Assembly: GCA_963693365.1 (NCBI GenBank)
Contig: CAVNZM010000009.1
Location: 2,544,231 to 2,608,230 of the forward strand
Direction of reading: 5' to 3'
DNA: 64,000 nt
Origin: Amoebidium appalachense
Taxonomy: Eukaryota > Protista > Ichthyosporea
In this document: piece by piece, positions 18,811 through 37,368 of the stretch
Numbering within the stretch: position 1 is the first letter of the stretch
How the letters are laid out: each line of letters opens with the position of its first letter
Position numbers and translations under genes: made by a program
Notes under the pieces: generated by a model
Databases searched by the model: none
The model's input: only the letters and a program-made list of their open reading frames with translations
Told to the model about the DNA's origin: nothing

Positions 18811-19999
18811 GTGGGTGTTCTTTAATTATAACCTTAAAGTAGTGTATTCCCAGTTTTTTTTTGACTCACGTCCACCGCTTTGGAGGGAAAAACAGTGTGA
18901 ATGAAATGTATGTCTGTGTGTGTGCGGGAGGGGAGAGGGGGGGGAGGAGGGGGGAGGGGGGGGGGGGGGGGTTGGGGGAGGGAGGGAGGGTTGCATTTGT
19001 TTGTATGCATGTGTGTGGCGCGCATGTAAGGATACCTCCTATACCGTACGGTCCCCATAACGTATCTTAGTTACGTTAACTTCAATACATGTGTGTGGAC
19101 GAATTTGCATGTACACATGTGATTCTATGTTCACAGAAGCCTGGATGCTAAGCATATGATATTTAAACGGTTGACGGGCCACTTTTTATATTTCACTACG
19201 AGCAAATTTGCCCTCCCCCCCCCCCCCCCCCCCCCCCTCCCCCTCCCCCTCGTTTATCTTTGCATGCATGATTTCTAACCAATAAAAATACACACACAGG
19301 GTTTTCACAGCGCTGAGCACTGGTCGTGAGCAGGCGGCCATTTCCGATTGGCTGCTGTCACAGCCCACCCTCGAGGATGTTTTTGCCAACGCCGTGGGCT
19401 ACGATTCGCAATCGTCACATTGATTGCAAACCCTCTGCGTAGATTTACCCGCACACACATTGCATATTTACGAGTTTACTATTTTTGTGATTTTTTTGTT
19501 TGGTTTTTGCAGTGTGTTCGCTGTACAATTGCAGGGAGTCTCATGTACGTTTAGTTTATGGATCTTTTGTACTTAAGCGTTTGCAGTAGAAAACTATTGC
19601 AATGATTTTTCTTTTTTTCTTCGACCGACATTTGGTGTTCTTTGTGTGCCTAATGGTCGCTGAATATGCGTTTTTTTTTGTTTGTTTTTTTTTCTTGTGG
19701 AAAGGGGGGGGGGGGGGGGGGTTGGAGATAAAATTTGGACACGTCGTCATGTATGTTGCTTGGGTGCACATGCACATGACAGACCTTTGGTTGTTTCTTA
19801 ATGCTATCTATGAGATGATCATTAAGTCGGAGCGTTGTTGTTGAAAAGCTCATTACTTTTCAGTGGTAATGAATTTGTGGGTTTTAATTTTTTAACGACT
19901 TCCTAAAATGTTGATGCTAATATTAGTGGGCATAGAGCTAGAAAGACAGGCTAACAGTTTTATCCTACCACCTACTGAGGCGGTGTCTCCTTTCTTTCT

Positions 20000-20034
<35 letters not shown>

Positions 20035-20399
20035 AAAGCCGCCTGAGTAGATGTATAACGTCGCACGTGCGGCAACACGTCAGTACGTGTTAGAGTTTTA
20101 TCCGAGGTTTTGTTGTTGCAATAATCCAGGGAAACAACATGTGGGTGAAAATTCCCAACTACTGTGCATGCTAACGAGCGAGGCGTGTTGGATGGGCTGG
20201 TTTTTATTACTGAGTTGGTTGTACAGTATGTCAGAGAACGTTGGATAGATAAAATCATGAACCATAAATCATTGAAATACGTCCTCCCCCTCTCCCCTCC
20301 CCTTCACCCTTTCTAAAGAAAGCTCCTAAGGAGGGGGGTGGGGGGTGGGGCCGGGGGGGGGGAGGGGGGTGGGGGGGACGATGGCTACTGACCTCTACT

Positions 20400-20432
<33 letters not shown>

Positions 20433-20479
20433 GGGGGGGGAGAGAGAGAGAGAGAGCTAATATTAGAGGCGGGGGCGCG

Positions 20480-20517
<38 letters not shown>

Positions 20518-21327
20518 GTTGCGTAACCTTTGCGTTCAATATTGTAATTGGCTGACTGAGCACCACTGCTTCGCAACTATTGGTTGGCCTTGTTTATGTT
20601 AAAGCATGAACCCCATGTAGTATATTTAGCAAAGGAAAGTTATTATGAAGTATAGCCATACTAAAGTGAGATGTTTTATTATCTTACTCATATGATATAG
20701 AGTAAGTTTTTGTAACAGAAATTACGCCGTTTTGAATACTAAAAACTAACATAAGGGAAGAGTGTTAAAATTCGTGTGCAGGTCACAGCTAAAATTTCTT
20801 AAAGTATCTCAAAAGTGTTTTAACTCTGTGGGGACAATGGCATGCGTTGCTTTAGTGACTGTCGCCGAGTCCCAAAACCAAAGCCACAAAAGAAAACGTG
20901 AATTTTTTACCCCTCGTGTTAGCACCAAACAGAAGAATACACACCTTGTTTAATAGTGTTACGTAGTAAACGCAGAAGAAAATCACCTGATGTCTTTGTT
21001 ACATCTTTTTCCCCCAGACGTGTTTTCTCTTACCTATTTCTTTTTGAGTCCGGATTGCATCTTGTTACATAACAGTGAGTCTTTTCTACACCTTACAGAT
21101 CTAGATCTTGTGCTGCGTGGGAGTCTGGTAGCATAATTTCTATTGCACACAACCTTTGTGAAAACTGTATATAGCTGCTTATGCTGTCGTAAACTACGAC
21201 CTGTGCGTGCTCAACAAACCCACCACGCACTTCTCTGTAGACACCAACATTATCACCTCAACATAACTACCACTCATTCTACCAAAGTTTATACAGCTGT
21301 TGGCTTTTTAGGCCACACTCAGTGACC

Positions 21328-25624
<4,297 letters not shown>

Positions 25625-25879
25625 CTGTGTTATACCAACCACCGCTTCTCCAATTTATTTCTGGGCACTGAGCAGCCAAGAGACACATTTCTCAGATGTC
25701 TCTTACCAATCAGAAGGCTTCAGCATGCTAGGTCACATTGCCGATGTCGACATGTGATTCAGCCCTTTTTTTAAGGAAAGTGCCAAAACGGCTGTGTGAC
25801 AATCGGGAACAAATGACGTCACAAATGTGGCTCCCCCCCAGCAGCTGAAATGGGAGAAGCGGTGGTTTGTTTAATGAAA

Positions 25880-26940
25880 GAGATAATTTCGCCCAATCGT
25901 AGCCCGACCAGTGTAGACTGATGTTCTTTTTTGGCTTGCAGCCACTGTAAAGAACCAATATTATAGAAAGTTTTGAATTATGACCATTTATTTCAACAGA
26001 CTTGCTTGTAAGTGATCTCAAAACCCCAAAATACGTCCTAAATAGTGCCACGTGTACGATGTAAAAAGGTGGTTCTAACCTGTGATTTACAAACCCCTTG
26101 TGCTTGCCGCCCGCTATCGGGTTTACTAATAGCGTTGTGTCGGCTAAATCCGATATTTTCTATTTTGTTTTCAAATTAATGATGCGATGCAACAGGAAAG
26201 GCATTAATGTGTGCACATGTGTGTGCACTTGTGTATTGTTTGTAAATAGTGTGCACTCGAGATTTCGAGTCTAAAAGGTACAAGGGTCAACAGACAATGT
26301 AAAAATCCCTGCCGGCCAGGGGTTAAACCTAAAAAAACACTAAGTGCGCCTTACCAGTCAGTAGTACCTTTGTATCATCCCCCCCTCTCCCCCCTCCACA
26401 GGGCCTCTCCTTCCCCCGCGGGATCAGGACAATACGGGGGGAGGAACTTGGTTTTATAGTAGTTGTTTTAAATTTAAGGGCGATAATTTTGCCCAATCGG
26501 AGGCTGATTAGTGTCTAGATTCTGTTTTTATTTTATTACTTGCAGCTATTTAAGAACTATAACCACATGTTTCAACAGACTTGCTTCTAATTGTTCTTAA
26601 ACCCCCCAAAATTCTAAATCCTAAATAATGCCATGTGTGCAATGTAAAATTATATTGTAGATCGTTTAAGCCTATATCATGTACAGACCTCGATGTGCTT
26701 GCCGCCCGCTATCGGCTAATAGCGTTGCGTCGACTTCATTCGACAATTTCCTTCAATTTAAGATGTGACGCAACAGGAAAGGCATTAATGCGTGCACCAA
26801 TGCGTGCACTTGTGTATTGTTTGTAGATAGTGTGCACTCGAGAATTCGAGTCTAGATTGTACGAGGGTCAACAGACAATGCAAAAATCCCTGCCGGCCAG
26901 GGGTTAAAACTACCTGAAACTTGGCAATTGCGCCTTACCG
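25880..26940. repeat. Diverged tandem duplication (~580-600 bp period) containing a piggyBac-like terminus
   Basis: ~25880-26355 aligns with ~26480-26940. Both copies contain CCCTGCCGGCCAGGGG-TTAA (26326, 26907). Confidence 0.75.
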
Positions 26941-29900
26941 TTTTCTTTGTATGCCCCCCCCCCCCCCCCCCCCCCCCCCCGGGGGGCCCCCAGGATCAGA
27001 AGTATCAGACTAGATGTGCCTATTTTTGCAATCGTTCGAAATTCGCAGTCTAGATCTATTGTTTGTCACGCACACTACATTCTCCCCCCCCCCCCCCCCT
27101 TCCCCTCCTCCCCCCCTCCCCCCCCTCCCCCCCCCCCACGTTCGTCATCAAACTCACCACCTACACAGCCACACAAGGTACAAAAGAAAAAGGTAAACCA
27201 AACGCCAGCGCTAGCATGCACTCGAAACCCAAACACACCCCTGCTCCATTCGAAGTCCTTTTCCCCATTCATTAATATTGACCCAGCTGCAGAACCGCGG
27301 GGCCAGTCCCACCCTCCCATGCGCGTGAACATCAATTCCTTGAAAATTTCCACCCTGTCCCCCCCCCCCCCCCCCTCCCTCGGGGCAATGCGGGTTTTCC
27401 ACATACGCACACTCATACCCACATAGAATTCGTCCGATCCTCCCTCCACCCCCTTCATATTGTGCAGGCTGTGATAGTGCAACTGTCGTGTGAAATCGAA
27501 TTCATGATTGTGACCATGCCATCTGAAAGGGAGGTGGAGGAAGGTATGTAGTGATGGTTTAAAACAGGCCCTGACCATGGGGTAGGTAGAGGAATCTTTT
27601 TGAAAAGGAATGCAGATGGCGAACGAGAGACAACGAACATAATTTAATACGTAAGGTGATTGAACTGTGTGCCTGTGTTATTTGTGTGCGTGTGTGTATG
27701 TACGTGTGTTTGTGTTTGTTGCAAGCTTGTGTATGTATGTGTGTGTCTATCTGTTTCTATACATGTACGTGCGTACCTTTGCCGTGTCTTTGCGCGTGTG
27801 TATGTTGTTTCTATGTGCTTGTATGTATGTGTGCATGTGATTGTGTGTGTGTGCGCAGAGGTGCGGCTGTGCGTATCATTGTGATTTCACTTCTTACGCA
27901 TGGTCTCGTGCAATGAAAATTACGGGAAAAAAGAGTTGTTATTTTGATTTCTATCCAGGCCAGCTGGAAGACGCCCAATGCTAATAATAGTACACGTGAC
28001 CTAATCATAGTACAACACTATTACTTACTCCATATCTTTACAAGGGAATGAAAAAAAAACAATTAACAAGTTCACTTGGGGTGTATCACAATATCCGCTA
28101 TTAGCTGAATGACTTTCATATATGTTGACACCACGAAACAAAAATCTCAGGTGTGTTACAGAATCAACTTTCGGCCATTCCGAGTGTGTATGTGTTTGTG
28201 TACGTGTGCGCGTGTGTGTGCAGTTTTTGGGTGTTTGTGCGTGTATGTAAATTACGATTGCTGGTGTACATCTCCGGCCTACCCGAAGTGACTAGATAGT
28301 ATAACTTGTGGTAGCATTAAGTAACCTAGCGGAACATATCAGAACATTCGCATATATCCGTTTCGGGCACCGCCATCGCTCATAAATCCACTTTGAATGT
28401 CGAACCTCAGAGGCTCAGACTAATATTTGTACCTCGTTCATTCTTGCAACCTAATCACATAGTCCGGTGGGGTGGTTCACATGTTCAGCCTGATAAAACT
28501 GTGCAGTGGTTTTCAAGAATTATCGCCTGCACCCGTCGTGATGCGCCGTAACCACACCGACATACCCTTGATATTCATGGGCATGCATCAGATGTGCCAA
28601 GTAAAAAAACATTCTGTGTCAATTTATGGGCACTCACACTTTGCATCCTTGAAGCTCAAATGCACTGTGTGCAGAGGGGGTGACGTCGTGGGGCAAGCTG
28701 GCCGATGTTAAACATGGCTGCATAGACGGCTTGACGGCAGACGCCACCGTGTGGGTGGGTGCCTGCGACCAGTTGGTGTGTACGTGCTCCGTGCTGCATG
28801 GGTAATTCTTCAGAAACACGTTGAAACGGTCCGGGGGAGGGGGGGAGAGGGATTAGGGCTTGGCCCCCTTTCTGAGCGCGCGCGTGTGTGTGTGGGGGGG
28901 GGGGTTGGGGGGAGGGGGAGGGGGGGGGGGGGGAGGGGAGGGGGGGGGAGAGGAAGGCGAGGAAAAAGAAAGGGGGAATGGGTGAGGCGAAGGAAAGAAT
29001 AGTATGTAGGACCTAGCATATGAGCAAAGGCAAACCAGGTTGCGCACACATCACTGGCAACAGGGTAAGGCTCGCACGAGTCTGCCCTCGAAAGCCGTGC
29101 CTATGTGTAGCCATGATCGGGGGTGGAAGGGTGGGAGGATGGGGAGATGGGGGGATAAGGAGTGGTGGTGATCCGGGGGGGGGGGGGGGGGGGGGGGGCG
29201 GGGGGTAGAAATGGATAGCGGGCATAAAGAAATGCGCTCAACACACAGAACGCTACGGCTCCACGAATGCACAGCGTAACGATGAGCAGCAGCCCAGTAA
29301 AACACGAGGCACTGGGCACTGGGGAAACCAACAACTAAGCCACTCGTATCCTTGCCTCTTCCTGCCGCGCACAACATGCTTCGTATCTGTGGGTATTCTA
29401 ACAGAACATGTATTTGCAACCATGTGAATGCGTGCACAGTATTATAGTTTTGACTGCTGCTTGCGCCATTGGGCCTAGGTGTGTTCCTGTGCACTTGACC
29501 AGGTGGTGCATTGTGACAAAGAGAGCCCCTACACCTAGACTGGGGTGTAGGAGATTTGAGAATAAGAAGAGGACAAGTGAGGAGGGAGGGTGGGGGGAGG
29601 GGATAGAGGGAGAAGGGGAGAGTTCTAACGCATACCTTAGGATACTGTGTGTTCCGAGTAGTGACGGAAGCATCAATAGTCCCAGACGGAAGAAGGCAAT
29701 GGTCATAGCCAGCACGGAAAACATGCGCGGTACCAGTAGCACCATCTTCAATGCATACCCAAAAGGTGTTCAAAAATACCTCAGTTTTATGATTTAGAAT
29801 AAAGTAGCAACCACCTTACATACGGTGTTATAGAGCCATAATATACGAGCACACATACAACAGGCCTAAAATATAAGTGTATACATCTGCAGCGTACACT

Positions 29901-31469
29901 CAACACTTGCTGAATGAAGTGATTGAAGTCTCAGCATATGCGTGTTCGTTTGTTCGTACGACATCAGTAAATCGGCATCAGGTGCTTAGCACATCGCAAT
30001 AATGATTGGACGTAGATTGAAATGATACTTGTAAAGATACAATCGTCAATGACTCGAGTCGTCATCAATGGAAATGAATGCATGATCGTTAAGTACGTAG
30101 GGATTTGAGCACTTAAGAGTGAAATTAATACTGAAAAAGTAATATAGCTAAACAAGTACAATGTAATTCAATATTTCTACCATCTTTTTTAGAGTATCGT
30201 TAAAGCAAGTAATAGAGATTCCAAAAACTATCATCACGTAGGTGGATAAATATCAGCTACTACAATCTCCCAGCCCCAGTTTTAGCAGATCCAATCGTAC
30301 CATCGGTTGCTATAACGCATGATTATTAATCACTAGAAAGGTTCAAAAAAGGCTCACAAAGAGATCGGTCGTCAGATGCCTATTATTAAACCAATTAGTG
30401 ATCGTGTCTGCACTCGATAAACCGGCGGATTTCACTACCACATGAGCCTCTTGATAATATTCGAGCAGTCACAACTTCCAACTACATTTGAGCACTAAAA
30501 TAAGCATAATGAGTACAAAAAAGCCAATAAAAATGATTAGGACTCATTACTTTATAATATCTGTAGGCTTGTGTATGTTAATCCTTATGATTAATAAGGA
30601 GATAAAGCATAGGAAACCCATGAACTTAGGCGGACGGTCCAGCTGGCGCTGTATGGAATGTGGAAATTGTGATTGGTCAAACACTTCAAAAGCCTTCTCA
30701 AGGTTTTCTTCAATGCAAAAAAAGAGCTCTTGCACAATTCAACGGTAATAGTATGTCTTTCTTGAAGAAATAGAAAATAGTATATTTCTTTATGAAGCAT
30801 TACTTTATTTAAGAAACCTAAAAGAAACATACTGCTTATTAACGGGCTTATTTGAATGGCGTCATAACTGTGGTCGAATGATGCCGGCTTGGCCAATCAA
30901 CTGAGACGTCTGTCAGACTTGCTCGATCGAGGTGTTTCATGCGCCAGCACTGCAGTAAGCACTGCCAGTCCGACTTGATCGCAGCTGTGTCACGAGTCGT
31001 TTCAAAGGCCTTCTCCAGAAGAGGACAACAGTTGCAATGGTGAGGGGCGTGAGGAGAGGGTACTGGTAGAGAAATAAGGGAGGCGCCCAATGGGAGGCTG
31101 AGGCTTAGATGAATAAAGCGAACAGAGGGATCAAGGGAAGAAGGCGAGAGCCAGAAAGAAAATGCCCAAGCGGGGTGAAAGAGAGCTGTGAGAGAGAGAC
31201 TCTGAAGCTAACTAGAGGGGGGGGGGAGGGAGGAGGGGGTCCAATATCGCCACATTTAGTTAATAAATGAATTGTTATTAAAGCAGCAGCTGTGAAATTC
31301 CATATGCGTTTGAGCCTCTGAGTGTCGGGGGCAAAGATGCAGTACTGCAACATCGGAGATCCGGTGCGTACGCGTGACTCGGTGCACTCGTGAGTTTGTG
31401 TGTGGCTGTGATCGGGCGGGCATGGTGGGCAGGGCGGGGGTGGATAAGGGGTAGGCGTGGGGGTGGGGT

Positions 31470-31519
<50 letters not shown>

Positions 31520-32909
31520 AAAAGAAAGGTGAAAAAAATAAAGATGACTCGGGCTGTTTTTTGATGCATTCTTGAGTTCTGTGTTCCTTTAAGCTACGGT
31601 ACGCCGTGGGGCACGCTTTCGGCAGCCTTTTGCGCGTCTTATATTGTGCTTAATAGTGACCCCCCCCCCCTCCCCGCCCCCCCACAGTGTCCACACCCCC
31701 AACCCACCCACACCTCCACCCATACACACGCACCACACTCACAAATGTACACGCCTCGTCCCAACACTGAGCAAATAGGGTTGAATCATAAAACGCAAAG
31801 GGTGTGTCTAGGCAATATTCTTGGACTGTACCCACGGTGGCCTGTCTAATCCACCCCTAGTCAAACTATTGAAATGCGGTGGGTCACAGATCGATGCAAA
31901 GGCATGTTTCCATCCGCTGGGCTTACTTACAAGGGAGTTCGTCAATTTTCAGTCTCAAACCTTCGCAGTAACGCTGCTACCTTCCGAAGCAGTACATCTT
32001 TTGAGAAACGCCCAAATTTCTCAGATATCGATAGAGGCTTTGCGCTGTCCTAAATTGCCCTCCTTAATATTGTAGTTTGTGCTGGGAACTATACTTGAAG
32101 TGGACAACATCACGCCGACAGCATACCCCTGTGACCAAGAGTCACTACATGAAAATAATATTAGGTGTTTTTGCTTTTGAAACGAGCACGTTCGTACACA
32201 ATATGTGCACGGGGTATATTATGTGTGATAGAGTATAAGCGCGCCACAATCCGCTTTTGTATAGGGCTCGCATGCATCAGGCTCAAGACTGAGAGGGCCC
32301 GTCAGTCATAAACCAAATACATGTTCAAACCACCCATTGCACCCCCTTTGCATGTCCATTAAAAGTTGGTTTGCTTTCCTGTAAGTCACATTCATTGTCT
32401 CTTATCATCATCCATTCGACAAGTGCCTGATATTAGTGCTTGCCAACACATACTCGAATAGAGGAGACAACATTCCGGCAGTTTAGCGCTATCGTGCAGG
32501 TACAGATGTCTACTCCGTTTATGTGATGTCTACTCCGTTTATGGTACACTGCCGAGATTATTGCAAGGTATGGCCTTTTACAACTATTTTGTCAGAGATC
32601 AGACAAGAGGCGCACATCACACCCACAACCACTCATATCCACAAAAATACCCGTGCACTTCCCCTACTTTCTTTTTGCACCCAACAAGAAAAACGAAAAT
32701 AATCACCCACCAGTCAACTGAATTCAACCAGAGTCATCGCTTTACAATGCTACAGAGTGCTTAACAGCAATTTCGATATTTGGGTATGAAAGAAGAATAT
32801 GGTTTCCCCCCCCTTTCTTCGAACATCGCGAGTGAACACTTGATTCACCGTACGGTATGCGGCCTTACATGTGTGAGTCCAACATGTCCGGGACCGTCCA
32901 TGAAAAAAA

Positions 32910-32987
32910 CGCGCCAAAATGGTTCATCCTGCTCCAATCAAAGCACAGATACGCAGATGGACTTTTAAAAGATGATTTGTAGCCAAT
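32910..32987 (+). promoter_or_regulatory. E2F-like site plus two CCAAT boxes upstream of the cyclin
   Basis: CGCGCCAAAA at 32910-32919; CCAAT at 32934 and 32983. Confidence 0.45.
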
Positions 32988-33419
32988 GATCAATAATTAT
33001 TAAACATGCCCTGACGAGGCAGAGTCACGAGGACAGAGTTTTCTCCGACACGTTTTGGTCAAGAACGAACACACGGTAAAGACGGTGGAGGGTTCTTTTT
33101 TTTTTTAAAATCTTCTTGCCCATACTTATACCAAGGCAAGCTGTTTATTTTGTGGCTTTGTTTTTAGGAGAGTCATCTATATTTTTTATTTGTATTTTTA
33201 TCGTCTTTGGTTTCTTTACACTTGCTAGCGAACAAAGGAAGGATTCCAGGACTTCTTCGAACAAACCGGCTCTAGCATAACTCTGTGAGAAATTAATCTT
33301 TACGTCTATTGTTGTCGTAAATTTATTTGTATAAGAAAAAATCGTAAGGAAAAAAAGATTGAAGTTTTTTCCTCTCTCACTTTTTCCTCCTCCTTTGCTC
33401 TTCGAAAACCTTTGGAAAA

Positions 33420-36236
33420 ATGTCGGCTGGTGCACTCGTCATGCCTGCTGTCCCGGCACCGACAAACTTTCTTCCCCCCACCCATCACTACGACATGAGG
33501 CGTCGTGTACGCCCGGCTGTTGACACCCCCCCCTACGGTTGTAAAACGGACAAGGAGGGAAAACCCGGACAATGCACGCACAAATGCAACGAGTAGTACC
33601 CCAGCAAAGAAAAGAACATGCCAAATAGTTCCAAAATCCAGCACACGCACACGTAGGAGGAGTTCGCAAGCTGTTGTTCCGGAGGTTAAAAAGCAGCAGG
33701 GGGCATCTTTGGAGAGCAAATTGGAGAGTTTATCTTTGGAGGAGGAGCAATTAGTGGGAGTTAGTCCGAACGAAAGACGGCTGGTGTACATGCTTCAAGA
33801 GCAGGATGCATATATGCCCAACCCACACTATCTCAAGGAAGTTCAAACTGACGTGCAAGGGTTTATGCGGTTTGACATGCTCAGCTGGCTGCTTCAGGTG
33901 AGATTCCCTCCCCCTCCCCCCCCCCCCCCCCTCCCCCCCCCCCCCCCCCCCACACACACTATAAATTTGTACTTGTTTGTTTTTTTCTTCCCTATGTTGA
34001 TTCGGTTGATAGTTTTGTCCCAAGTACTATAGCATGGCGCATTTTGCTTTTTTACAATGCCACTTGTCTCCACCTGAACGAACATATATTACGGTTTACT
34101 TGGTTACGTGTGGTTCCATGCCTGTATTCACTTCTTGTATTTTTTCTCCACGTTCAAATTCTGCACCTTGCACATGTACTCACTTCTTGCATATTCTCTC
34201 GCTATCCACACTCTGCAAATTCCCCGTACTTACTTTATGCATATTTCCTTCTTGCACACATAATCCATTTTTTCTTTTATCACTTCTTGCGCGTTCTCTC
34301 TTATTCACATTCTGCACATGGCAAATACTCGCTTCTCGCACATTCGCAGTTCAATCATACCCTGCACATCTTCTGTAGTCACGTTTTGTACAATCCCCAC
34401 ACTTACTCCTTGCACGCGCTCTCGCTCTCCTTATTCACATTCTGCACATTCTCCTGTGCTCAATTCTTGCACAGTGTAAGTTCTCGCTTTATGTACGTCA
34501 ATCTTGCACGTCTTCTCTTTAGTAACATCCTACGTTTTGCATGTACTTACTACTCGCACATCCCTCACATCAGTTTCTCTGTGCACATTTGTCCTACAAT
34601 TTGCATGTACTCACTTCTCACACATCCTCACATCAGTTTCGCTGTGCACATTCCTCCCCCCGCCCCCTTCTTCCAACAGTTGCCTGTACTCACTTATTCC
34701 ACATTCTCTCTCTACACATTCTGCACATATCCTGTGCTCACTTCTTGCACCTTTCCACCCCACTGCAGCTCAACCACAAGTTGGAGTTCCACAGCGAGAC
34801 GCTTGCCGTAGCAGCCAACCTCTTCGACCGTCTTCTTTCCATTTCCTCCGTCCAGGCCGGCCATTTGCAACTGATCGCAGCAACATGCTATATGGTGGCC
34901 GCCAAGATGCACGAAGTCTGGAATACACACCCGTCCTTCACCGAGCTAATCATCGCTTCAAACCATGCGTACACTGGACCTCAATTGGAGGTTAAGCCCC
35001 CCCCCCCCCCCCCCCCCCCCCCCTTCCCCCCTGCTTTTTATGATAGCGAATTTCACTGCTTTTGTTGTTCCCGCCCTTTTTCAATGTCCGTGTCTATTGA
35101 AAGCACCGATTTTCCACTCTTCTCCTGCCCTACCCCCACCCCCACTTCACACGCACTTTGTGTGCGCTCAATAATTTCTGCAACTTTTGGGTTGTCTGTT
35201 TTAATTGTGTACTTCGTATTATGTACCGCATGCTGACCCCCCCCCCCCCCCCCTCCCCCTTTCCCCCACAAAACCCACCCACACACGCGCGCGCACAGAA
35301 AATGGAGATGAGGCTGCTTCAACTGCTCGGCTGGAAACTCAACCCCGTCACCCCGCACCTTCTGGTGCACCAAGTCCTACTGGTGCTGCCCGTGACAGAG
35401 ACGGAGCGCAGGGAGACTGTACGCACGGCTGAAGACTGCCTGGACCGGTGCATTCTGCGTATGTCTACCCCCCCCCTCCCCCCCCCTCCACAAAAAAATA
35501 ATAATAAATAAATAAATAAAAATAAAAAATAAATAAATTTGTGTATGCTTGGCAACCTGAATTGGTTTGTTCACATAGAAATTTGTTCTCTGTGCTTTGT
35601 AAACACACGAGGACCCGCCCGTCCCCCCCCCCCCCCCCCCCCCCCCTCCTCCCGCGGGCCCCCCACCGGCGCGGAGGCAAGCGAATGCCACTCCCTGCAC
35701 ACGGTCATCCTTGCAATATACACTACACACACGTTATCAGCGCTGCTCACTTTGGTCATTACCGTCGGGAAAGGGAGAGGGAAAGTACTGAGTACACGAT
35801 TTGAACCCCCCCGCCCCTCCAAGCCCCCATTTTCTTAAACCTGAATGGTAGTGTATTCCTTCTGCTCGCACAGCCCTCTCAACAGCGCGGTGAATTATTG
35901 CACTAGCGCTTGGTGTACTTGTGTAGTGTGCTTCTCAAATCTCCGCAAATTTGTCTGTCTCGATGTTTTTTTTTTTTTTTTTTTTTTTTTTTTCCCCGTG
36001 TTCGGCATCATCTACTAAACGCCTGCGCATACACAGGTGAGCGGTTTCTCGCCTACAAGCCGTCGGTTCTCGCAGCGGCTGTTCTGATTCGTTCCCTGTC
36101 AGCGATGGGTCTGCGCGAGAAGTACGAGGAGAAGGTTCTGGGCCTTTTGAAGACATCTGATTGGCAGCTGTATGAGGCATGTGCGCACGACGTTGCCATG
36201 GTGATGTTTGAGTGCAACCCTGTTCCCGTGTTGTGA
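33420..36236 (+). CDS. Cyclin (D/E/A-like). Exons 33420-33897, 34769-34990, 35299-35458, 36037-36236
   Basis: Cyclin box MRFDMLSWLLQ…ETLAVAANLFDRLLS…LQLIAATCYMVAAKMHE…MEMRLLQLLGWKLNPVTP, and FLAYKPSVLAAA. One apparent frameshift lies in the C-run at ~33526-33533. Confidence 0.9.
34110..34760 (+). repeat. Degenerate minisatellite (CACTTCTTGCACATT-like) in cyclin intron 1
   Basis: Many imperfect TCACTTCTTGCA/CACATTCTGCAC units. Confidence 0.7.
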
Positions 36237-37118
36237 TTGGCTCGTTTGGGTTTATCGGTTTGATTTGCTTGGATGGGAATGCATGTGCTTTTGTTTACTT
36301 GCTCTCTTCAAGTGTAGTTGGTTCGATGTTCAACAGAGGATGTTTTTAACTTTCTTTGTGCGCGCGTGTGCGGTGTTGGGTATTGTTCAACGCGTTGAAG
36401 TATAGATAGTAAAGTTCTTGGGTCTTTTTTTAGTATTATGAGAACGTTGTGTTAAATGTTTATTCCAAGTTTAGTCGTGTTTCCGTTTGTCTTTTTTGTC
36501 TTGTGCGAATGTTAGTCGATTGTGGTTAGCTAGAGGAAACACCAAACGAAGCTAAAAAAAAAAAAAAAAGAATCAAAAAAATCCCTGAAAAGAAAAAATG
36601 GGCATACATCTTTGATAGATAAAGAGTTGTGTGTGGTTACAATAAAAGAAAGTTGTTGGTGAATGTTGGTGAAAAATACGTAAAAACCAAAAATAGATGT
36701 ACATTGGAGCTCAACGTAAACTTTGTTGTTGGTAAAAACCCCCACTACAAAATTCTGTGAAGTTCGACAGAAATTGGCATCCGGTTGGATAAGCCTGTGT
36801 GTAAAATCATCTGTACTGTAGGGACTGTGTCCCAGAAGCAATTCAAACAGCTGAATTTGGGTGAATTTTTCTTCGAATTTTTACTATATTCCATATGGCA
36901 TATGGAGCATCAATGAATGAAGCCTTGTGATGTCCTGGTGACCATGTTAGGCAAATAAGAAAGAACACGCGAAAACCAGTACAAAGCTGAAAAATATAGA
37001 CTGATGGGTTTAAGTTGGGTTGTGTGTGTGTACGTACATGTACATGTGTGCGCTTTTACAATTGTGTGTCGGTGTGTGGCGGTGAGGCGTGCCTTGCCGC
37101 AGTGTGCATGCGTGTGTG

Positions 37119-37192
<74 letters not shown>

Positions 37193-37333
37193 CTCTAGTA
37201 AATGCACTGCGCATGCCTGGAAGGGTGCCAGCCTTGCGTGCACAAGGCTCCGTTATAATACACGTAATACTGTGTTATCATGATCGGAACGCAAGTTGGC
37301 GCGCTAAGGAAACTTTTTCACACACATACGCGT

Positions 37334-37368
37334 CAAGGCCTCCTATGGTTAGTATATAGGAGGTCTTG
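37334..37368. mobile_element. 35-bp hAT-like micro-MITE (same family as 10392)
   Basis: CAAGGCCTCCTA…TAGGAGGTCTTG. Flanks ATACGCGT/GTATGTGT differ only by transitions, two of them at CpG. Confidence 0.65.

Noticed and set aside
34034-34811. 255-aa ORF overlapping the cyclin
   Set aside because: It is a translation of the intronic minisatellite.
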